Positions 54,691 to 64,000 of a stretch of 64,000 nucleotides of DNA are shown piece after piece. Position numbers and translations under genes: made by a program. How positions within the stretch are numbered: the stretch's first letter is position 1; each line of letters begins with the position of its first letter. The stretch spans positions 44,392,001 through 44,456,000 of the forward strand of contig OX597826.1 of the NCBI GenBank assembly GCA_951406725.2. The letters run 5' to 3'. The notes beneath the pieces were generated by a model. It saw only the letters and a program-made list of their open reading frames with translations, ran no database searches and had not been told where the DNA came from. The DNA is from Octopus vulgaris. Taxonomy: Eukaryota.

Positions 54691-55950
54691 CAACTTTTCC
54701 TCCTATTCTCTTTCCGTATTTCCTCCCCCACCCCAATTGAAAGACCAATGTTTTTGTTAGCTTTCTAATGCTCCATGCATTAAATATATAAACACTTATT
54801 TAAATATTCTCCTTCATGGAAACAGTATATCTTATACGTTTTAATTCTGGAGCAACATTATTATTATTATATAGAAAAATGCAAACACATAAGCTTTCAC
54901 GTGTTTCTGCCGTACGGAGATCCCGACTTATACGTTGTTAGTCGGTCATATCTACTCTAGTGCTTAGTTCCGGCCAAGTACCTATTCTATCGGTCTTAAG
55001 GAATCACTTAAAAATAGGGTTGTAAACGAGCCAACAGTGAGAAACACACACACGCGTGCATGGAGGGGGACAAACGCAGACACCAAGACCAACATATGGA
55101 TATATCCGTGTATATATATCTTGATAATATTAAAACTCTAGGGATGATTGTGTGTAACTGAAATATCTCAGAAATAGTATATTCTATATTAATTTATTTT
55201 CATACTTACCTCGGCAGTGCAGTACAAATCTTTGTGATATTTGAACCTCTATTTAAACGATTAAGCACAATTTTTGCTATTTTTTTAATGAAAAAAATAC
55301 ATGGTTCCCATGACGTCAACACGCATACAGAATGCACACACATATAATGAATGTCATGACGTGTCAGTCAACACAAAGACACGTTCGCTATCTGTGACAT
55401 ATACATACATAATATTTTGAAAAGTGACATTTTGACCCCCTTGGACTGACCAGCTAGGTTTGCCATTTCTAAAAGCCAAGAATCATTTACTATTGAAAGA
55501 CTGACCAGCTGCAAAGATATCAACAATTTTTTTCTTCTTTCTCCTCTTCTTCTTCTTCTTCTTCTTCTTCTTCTTCTTCTTCTTCTTCTTCTTCTTCCTT
55601 TCCTTCTCTTTTTCTTCAGATACAAAACACATACACATGCACACAAACACACATACACACACACGCGTGCGCTCTCTCACTTTCTCCCTATTCCTCACCT
55701 TTTTGTACTATCTTATATCTCTCTCCACCCCTACACACTCAATAATACTATAAAAAGAGACAAAATTCCTGTAAATGTTCAATTTGAGAACTCCACTAGA
55801 ATGGACGAAAGCGCTTATATATGATATAGGATTTATAAAAAACATGTAACATACTAATAAATATCTGTAAATATAAAACCATCCAGATTTCTGAGTACCT
55901 CATTTCTTCAAATATATAATACCTGTACATCATCTCCAAGCCTTCTAATA

Positions 55951-56087
55951 TAAGGTTGTCCCAAAAGTTCGTAGAAAGTCTTGGAAAATAATGGTCTTTA
56001 TTTTGAGGAATAATTTTTTTTGTTTTTGTTAGTACTTGGCGAGTAAAAATTCAATTTTCACAAGTGGTTACGAACTTTTGGGACAAC

Positions 56088-56091
<4 letters not shown>
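55951..56091. mobile_element. Mariner-type MITE
   Basis: TIRs aggttgtcccaaaagttcgta / tacgaacttttgggacaacct, flanked by TA. Confidence 0.85.
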
Positions 56092-56132
<41 letters not shown>

Positions 56133-56779
56133 TTAGTGACAATTTACATATATAGTGTCCGTCTACCAACCTAGCTACTGTCTACGAAACTAATTTACAA
56201 GGCTTTATTCAGTCTCAGGCAATAGTAGAAAACGTTCGCACAAATTGCCAAGCAGTGGGAACTGGGGCTGGAACAATGTACACTGTCACGCCTGCGCAAC
56301 AAGAAATGACAAAGAAAACTCAGATGTGTGTGTAGAATTTTAACTATATCTGTACAATGTTAACTATATCTGTATGTTGTAAGCAACATAATCTCTCTGG
56401 TAATAAATAGTTATGAATGTATAGTTATAAATAAATCATTATGAATGAACATCTGTACATTCATAAAGTATTGAGCAGTTTTACCCGATCGTTCAATACC
56501 AGCTCGAGGATCTTAATGCGCACTCGCACATATATATAGTGGTATATATACATATACATATATATATATATGTGTGTGTGTGTGTATGTATGTATGTATA
56601 TGTGTGTGTGTGTTTGTATATATTGGTTTATATATTCTTTTATTCTTTCATTTGTTTCAGTCATTTGACTACGACCATGCTGGAGCACAGCCTTCAGTCG
56701 AGCAAATGGACTCCACGAATTATTCTTTGTGAGCCAACTACTCATTCTATCGGTCACTTTTGTCCAACCGCTAATATCA

Positions 56780-57195
56780 TTTGCACAATGGAAGCGATAT
56801 ATCATTTGCACAATATAGAGAATATACCACCAGCATTGCCCAAGCGACTTCAACAAAAGCCTCAAAATTTATCGAAAGCTAGGACAACGGGCCATAAATC
56901 CCCTACCTGATTCAGGATCACAAAACAAAAATACTCTGCGACACAATTTATTTTCTTCAACAAGCCTTGCCCTATTTAACATTGTCCCGAAACAGATCAA
57001 AAAGGCAAAGGATACCATCAACTTTGAATGGAATCTGGACAAATTTCTTTATGGGATACCAGATAAGCCACCTATACCTGGATGAAATTCACTCAACAAG
57101 AACCCCATACTTGAAGGGGACATAATACCGCAAAACTTGACTTAAAACAGATTTAGGTGGTGCTGTTAAGTTAGACATGACCTGGACCAATCTTT
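56780..57195 (+). mobile_element. CR1/L2-group LINE 3' end
   Basis: RYIICTI*RIYHQHCP ... LFNIVPKQIK...FEWNLDKFLYGIPDKPPIPG resembles CR1-group ORF2 C-termini. Confidence 0.7.
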
Positions 57196-57245
57196 GGTTG
57201 AAACCTATCTAAGTAACATATACATACATACATACATACATATAC

Positions 57246-57278
<33 letters not shown>

Positions 57279-57282
57279 AGTG

Positions 57283-57317
<35 letters not shown>

Positions 57318-57445
57318 GTACATATATATACATGTATATATGTATATATGTATACGTATATGTATATATATACAAATGTGTGTGTGTATGTATATATAAA
57401 TATATATAAGTATATGCATGCACACATATATATATGTAAATATAA

Positions 57446-57494
<49 letters not shown>

Positions 57495-58162
57495 CATATG
57501 TGTGTGTGTGTGCTTTTGTGTCTGTTATGATATTACGAAATCATTAATTGTATATGTCTAACAGTTACGAATAAAATTGTCGTAAGTTTACCAATAAGTT
57601 TATGAATTTTTCATACGATGATTTACAAATTCTTCTGGAAATTGTGTCGTTAAAGAAAATAAGAGCAAATATAAATACTGTCTCTGAATAATAAATCTTT
57701 TGCCAAACATTTCGTTTGCTTAAGGCTACATTTTCAAATTTAATTAACATTTGGTTCTTCTTAATGGCATTATTACATAGGATAGAATATCTATGATTTA
57801 TTAATTGCAAAGGTTTTGAGAACGATCGGTATCTGAGACAACATAACTTATATGTAATAAAAGCAAAATATTGATAAACACGTAATAACAGATAAATATA
57901 TACACGTACTCGTCAAAAATTTTAACGCCCAACAAATGCTAACATTCTGTTAGAGCTTCTAGCTAACAAAGCAAATATCATTAAAAATTAAACGCACTAT
58001 ACGCGTGCATAGGCACACGTGTCTGCACACACATGCATATATATATATATATATATATATATGCATATGAATCCATATATGTGTATGTATGCTTCTGGTG
58101 TATGTATGTACGTAAGTAATATATATTTATGCATGTGTGTATTCGATTGTATGTGTGTTTGC

Positions 58163-58431
58163 ATGGCTGTGTGGTAAGTAGCTTGCTTACCAGCCACATG
58201 GTTCCGGGTTCAGTCCCACTGCGTGGCAAGTGTCTTCTACTATAGCCTCGGGCCGACCAAAGCCTTGTGAGTGGATTTGGTAGACGGGAACTGAAAGAAG
58301 CCCATCGTATATATGTATATATATACATGTATGTGTGTTTATATGTTTGTCTGTCTGTGTTTGTCCCCCCACCAACATCGCTTGACAACTGATGCTGGTG
58401 TGGTTACATCCCCGTAACTTAGTGGTTCGGC
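58163..58431 (+). mobile_element. SINE family B, 3'-interrupted
   Basis: Head and internal microsatellite are intact; the tail is cut after gttcggc by a family E insert. Confidence 0.85.
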
Positions 58432-58442
58432 ATTTTTCGATG

Positions 58443-58481
<39 letters not shown>

Positions 58482-58550
58482 GTCAGGAAACTGCTTGGAA
58501 TCGAACTCGGAATCTTGGGGTTAGTAACCCGGGCTCTTAACCACTACGAC
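58432..58550 (-). mobile_element. SINE family E head
   Basis: cgtagtggttaagagcccgggttactaaccccaagattccgagttcgattcc + (aat)n; same head as 1095-1160. Confidence 0.8.
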
Positions 58551-60134
58551 CTCTTTGCCACACGTCTCCGAAGTACGGGAACATATACAAACTGAAACCT
58601 TCATTATGCATTACTGCATTTTAACTTTCTTTTGATGGAAACAAAAAATACTATATGTTGAATAGTATTTGTGTTGTCACTCATTTAAAATACCTTATGT
58701 ATATGGATATCCATCGCATTAAGTGAAACTTTAATGTTATTAACATGAGTATCAAAGGGCGGCAAGCTGGAAGAATCCCTCGAAATTGCTGGTTTTTGCC
58801 AAAACTTGGAACCAGTATTAATATTCTTATTATCTTTATTTTATTGATATTAACTCCATAATCATATTCCGTAATGCATTATTGGAAGCTGTGCTGCCTA
58901 GCTTTAGTGACATAGTTTCACAGGAAAAAGTTTCCAAATTTGTAAAGTAGCAAATTAATCCTTTTCGAAGGACTTCCATTACTCCCGCCTTGATGGAATG
59001 AAGTAGAATTAATTAAACAGGCAAATGTATGACAGATTCCAAATACGCATGAAAGCATGTTAATAAGCTTGCTGGAAAGAATACAAGTTATTTATTCTCG
59101 AATATTGACTGTGAACCGGCATGCCACCACGAGAAAAATACTTTGTGAAATCTCGATATTAATAGAAGCTCTTCAGAAAATTATTTGCTTTTAACCTATT
59201 AACGCATGTTGATTCTGTCTTATATTGCTTGAAAGAGAATTTCAGCTCTTCCACAATCTTTCCAAACCTACAACAACACCGAATGTATGTTATATCAAAG
59301 TTTTAAAGTTCTTACTTGGAAGGGAAAGTAAAATATTTCTATTAACGTAATCCCCTGCTGTTCTTATGTAAGATCTCTTTCCACACACCAGTTCCCGTGT
59401 TTTGCCTAACGTACTTAACCACAACGTAAAAGAAACTAATGTTCTCTGACAGAATATAGCGCACGTGATTTATTCTTTCCCCAAATGAGACGGATTATTG
59501 ATCTGACTAATGATATAGCAGTCATTAACTTGCCATCTACATATAGCTTGTATATTCCATAAGAAACCAAAAATGTTAAATTAGCTTATTTCGACGTTTT
59601 TCCTCGTATATTTTCAGTTATATCTCATGGCCATTACGAACGAAACGCGAAAGCTTAAAATACTTCACTGCAGATTATTCTTTCTAAGAATTCAAAGTAT
59701 GACAACAACATGAAAAATGAAAGAGAAGGAATGCGCTAACAGCATGCTCCAACTCTGCCACGGGCTTCTGTGTCACGTTACAACTCGACATTAAAGATAA
59801 AATTTAAAAGAAGTTTAGTAATATAGGCGCAGAGATAGCTGTGTGTTTAAGAAGGTCGCATTGCAACCATATGATTTCACGTTCAATCCCATTGCACGTT
59901 ACTTTGTGTAAGAGGTTTTAGCAAGCCCCGCAGTCCAACCACTGAAACAAGTAAAAGATATAACTTTTTTCTTATATTCTTACAATATATTTTTTATGAA
60001 ACTATCAAAGTGAAGATTCCAGAATTGATTAAGAAAATGAGGATTATATCTTACCTGACAAAATAAGTCAGGGAAATATTTCCAAACAGGAAATTACACT
60101 AGATATTCAATATTAAATGTGACTAGAGATATCG

Positions 60135-60185
<51 letters not shown>

Positions 60186-60479
60186 CATCATTATTATTAT
60201 TGAGAGAGACTGCAGCGCATGCCTTCAAAGTTGCACTGGGGCAAAATATGCATACTGTACGCGCAAACTCATACGTATAACCATCATTATTACCCGTCTG
60301 ATAAGAGTAGTGAATAAGTCACTAACCGAAATATGTGAATCTATTGTTTAGGAAAATACTATTTACTTGTTTAAGGGTTGTACTGGATAAATTGCGAAAA
60401 TAACTCTAACAGTTCAAATACTAAGAAATAAGCATACTCCATTTCATTTAATTTTTACCAAATAATTTAGGAAAACGAA

Positions 60480-60718
60480 TGGGTTAGTTCCCTTGGCTAT
60501 ATATATAAGAACCTCTTCTAGAGGCGAATGGGTTATTTTCCTGGGCTTTTACGATAAAATATATTAGATATATATATATAAGAATCCCTTCCAGGTTTCT
60601 AGAATGAGTTCTACGCATGTGTCAAGTTTCATCAAAATCGATAAAACGACGTATGAGGAGTTAGCTAACAACTCCACAAACACACCCACAGACAGAATCT
60701 CCCACATATGTATTAAAT
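60480..60718 (-). mobile_element. Probable non-autonomous Helitron-type remnant
   Basis: caagtttcatcaaaatcg...gaggagtt...acagacaga...tatgtatta layout typical of such elements, plus a short internal repeat gaatgggtta.ttcc. Confidence 0.45.
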
Positions 60719-60721
60719 ATG

Positions 60722-60951
60722 TTTTCCCAGCCCAATGCAGGCTGTCACAGCAGACCCAAAACTATCGTGTGTGACGGACTGCCCTCTCGCCCGACTTTAG
60801 CTATGCCACTGTATCGAGTGTAATTATACAGACCATACACTTTCCCGTCAAAATACGAGATCTGTGTAAGAAATCATTATTAGCGTATAAAGTTACTAAT
60901 GGAAACCATTTAATTCATTACTGTTAAGCCGGTTTGGTCTTGTTTAGATGG

Positions 60952-60986
<35 letters not shown>

Positions 60987-62374
60987 TCTTATTAATCCGA
61001 TGGGAGGCAATGTGAGCAGGAACTAAAAGAACATTACAAAATCCACAGAAAGATCAAACACATACATATATTCATATTCAATTATATCTACAGAACAGAT
61101 ATTAAATCCGACGTTTAAAAATATAATATTATATAAATATATAAACATCATATAAAATATATAAGTATATAAGAGACACAATGTTGCATAGACAACACAT
61201 TGAATTTACGTTTAAAACCATAAAACATTTCGTGAAAATTTAACTCTAAACTGCAGTCTGTTTCCTTAGGCCAGACGACACTCTGTATGCAATATAGAAA
61301 CGTCAATTTATAGTGGTTTCTAATTTTGTCACAATGCCAGAAATTTTGTGAAGGGAATAAGTCGATTTGATCGACCCTATTTTTCAAATGGTACCTATTT
61401 TATACTGCTCGAAAGGATGAAAAACACAGCCGACCTTGGCGGAATTTGAACTCAGAATGTAAAGACGGATGAAATACCTGTTACTTTATTACCCAGAAGG
61501 AGCTAAGCATAGAGGGGATAAACAAGGGCAGACAAACGGATTAAGTCGATTACATTGACCCTCAGTGCGTAACTGGTACTTAATTTATCGACTTCGAAAG
61601 GATGAAAGGCAAAGTCGATCTCGGCGGAATTTGAACTCAGAACGTAACGGCAGACGAAATACTACAGCCACACATTTTTCCCGGCGTGCCAACGTTTCTG
61701 CCAGCTCACCAATCTTATATCTATTTATGTAGATATTGAAACATACGAAGCTACCTATCACACACCTCTCTTAACTTGATATCTGTAAGAAATATACACT
61801 GTTTCTCTGATGAAAAAATGTCCTCCTTCCTCACCCGTCAGATACATACACACTTGAAATACTCATACTATTTGTTTGCAACTATCGGCATCAAGGAATC
61901 CAACATGCTGTCCCAATCTTTAGTTACCATTAAAACTTGTTTCAAAGAAAATATTGCCCTAGTGTCATCTGTAAACAAATTATTTACCTTTTCAACTACT
62001 GGTGAAAAACTACCTTCGGTATTAGATTGTGGCTCTCAGAATCCTATGTTCTGATTTGCATTTCACCCTCCCGGGGTCGACAAAAGTCAGTGAAAAATTG
62101 AGTCAGTGGCGGAGTAATCTTTGAGTTTAATGACCCCTTCACTATTTTCCCACCCTAATGTAGGCTGTCACAGCAAACTGAAAAGTATCATGCGAGACGG
62201 GCTGCCTCTCGCCTGACTTTAGCTGCGCCACTGAATCGAGTGTAATTATACAGACCATACACTTTCCTGTCAAAATACGTGGTCTGTGTTAGAAATCATT
62301 ATTAGCGTGCAAAGTTACTAATGGAAACCATTTAATTCATTACTGTTAAGTCGGTTTGGTCTTGTTTAGATGGT
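60722..62374. repeat. Dispersed direct duplication of a 230-bp unique-looking segment (60722-60952 and 62145-62374)
   Basis: Co-linear copies, about 85-90% similar by eye. Confidence 0.9.
61312..61710 (-). mobile_element. SINE family A, dimeric body
   Basis: Two gaaaggatgaaa...ggcggaatttgaactcagaa units; head at 61650-61710. Confidence 0.88.
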
Positions 62375-63789
62375 GAGCAACTGTAATTTCCGAAGACTAA
62401 TAGACAGGATTTTGAAAATAAAATGAAATGAAATAAAAATAAAATAAATAACAAGATAAAGATTTTAATAAAAGTAGGTTTTTAGTAAGCAATGCTCCGA
62501 TAAACCTTTCGCCTGACTGTGCTGTCGTTCTTTTAATTAACATTTCTTATTCAAATAATCTGCTCAATTGATTTCTACTTCGCTCGAAGGAAATAATGTA
62601 ACATAGTGGGGTGAAAAGGTGAGTGAAAATCCTGCTAGCTGAACCATTAAAAAAAAAAAAGCTAAATGTAAATATACATTCTGGTACTTGATATTTCATT
62701 GTTCTGAAGAACATTCTTGTTTTTCTCTTTTTGGTTTCTTTTTGTTCAACGAAAAAAAAATGTTGATAATGTTTATCTGTGGTTTTTCTTAAAGGTTATT
62801 ATCTCCTCAATGTGTATTTCGCATTCAAGCGGCAATTAGATATATACAACACAGTAAACTAGAAAAGTCTAATAGCGATGATGTTCTGCTGATAAGACAA
62901 AACTAGTTTCGATACGAAGAAACTAATTCGGTGAACTTCTCTAATTACTATTCTGACACCTATAACTCCCTCTTTCTTCTTTCTGTATTTGCATTTCTAT
63001 TTCTTTGTGCGTATGCTTTCCAAGATACCAAAGAAAATCTTTAGAGAAAAGTACTAGTTAAACAAAGGAAGAAGCGAGGAAAAGGTTTAGTAACTACATT
63101 GTGAAAAGAAAAGGCAGAAAGTGAAGACAAAGAAACGTACTCAGCTGTGAATATTTGGTATGAATTATTTCTCGAACGCAATCAATGCTGCAGTGGAGTA
63201 GATAGTAATTTAGTCTTAATATAGCAAAGCTAGCGGCATTCTCAATACCTATTGAAAAAGTAAAAACTAACGAATATTTATCGGAAATTATTCCAAAAGA
63301 ACACAGTGTAGGAAATTTGCCTCGAAACTTGTCGAACACTATTTTACAAGTAAATAGACTGATCAAAAGAATTAGTTCACTGATGCATCACTAGATAAGC
63401 AGGTTCTTAGCAACCCTCTCCTACGCTCTTCTGACATGTTTAGTTAACCGTCTCTTTTCTCTGTCAGTCTTCTATTGTTACCTGCATGTTGGCAATCTTT
63501 AGTACATATAATATTACATTTGTACTGTAACTGCTACTGTTATCATCTGAACACTTACTGCAGCTGTGATGCTGACAATTCCGGTGCCATAGCAAAGGCA
63601 TACTACAACTATCTTTACCATTTACAGCCTAATATTTCCTGTCGGAATAAATATATTTTCTGTGAAATTGCTTAGTCTAGTTTTTAAAGCTATTTAGTTC
63701 ACGATCATAATATCTTGAGTTCAATTTCTGAACCAGACGGTACGTTGTGTCCTTCTGCAAGGCACTTCATTTCACGTTGCTCTAGTCTT

Positions 63790-64000
63790 CTTTTTCCACG
63801 CCCTTTTCAAGCCTAGCTAGGCTCAGTGGCCCGGTTTCCCGGTTTCTGTGGCGTATGTGTTCCCCCCCGCACCAGCTCTAGAAACAGGAAGAAAGAGTGA
63901 GAGAAAGTTGGGGCGAAAGAGTACAACAGGGGTTGCCCTCCCCCCTGCCAGAGCCTCGTGTAGCTTTGGGTGTTTTCGCTCAATAAACACACACAACGCC
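63790..64000 (-). mobile_element. SINE family C, runs off the window end
   Basis: ggcccggtttcccggtttc...gagcctcgtg.agcttt.ggtgttttcgctcaataaacac. Confidence 0.8.

Noticed and set aside
55202-55217. ATACTTACCTCGGCAG resembles the 5' end of U1 snRNA
   Set aside because: Similarity stops after 16 nt; it is equally explained as a minus-strand splice-donor consensus or chance.

Overview
AT-rich, repeat-saturated eukaryotic DNA that is intergenic or deep intronic. The SINE families and microsatellite load point to an octopus/cephalopod genome (recognised from memory, not searched). I find no intact host protein-coding gene; almost all ORF-track entries are microsatellite or repeat artefacts. Recognisable content: several tRNA-headed SINE families; decayed RTE and CR1-type LINE fragments; hAT (GTF2IRD2/Charlie-like), mariner, maT-type and Tigger/pogo DNA-transposon remnants; a mariner MITE; non-autonomous Helitrons; and a Penelope-like element (PLE) GIY-YIG 3' end. 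The most interesting layer is a set of about ten hammerhead-ribozyme (HHR)-like folds with different catalytic-core variants. Many lie in short non-coding elements inserted in (TA)n tracts, two of which form long near-perfect inverted repeats. Highlights are a fully paired hammerhead with a swapped G3-C8 core pair (33913-33962), a 561-bp terminally redundant unit with a variant HHR (18907-19711), and a tRNA-headed SINE fused to an HHR (955-1160). All folds were read by eye and none is tested.
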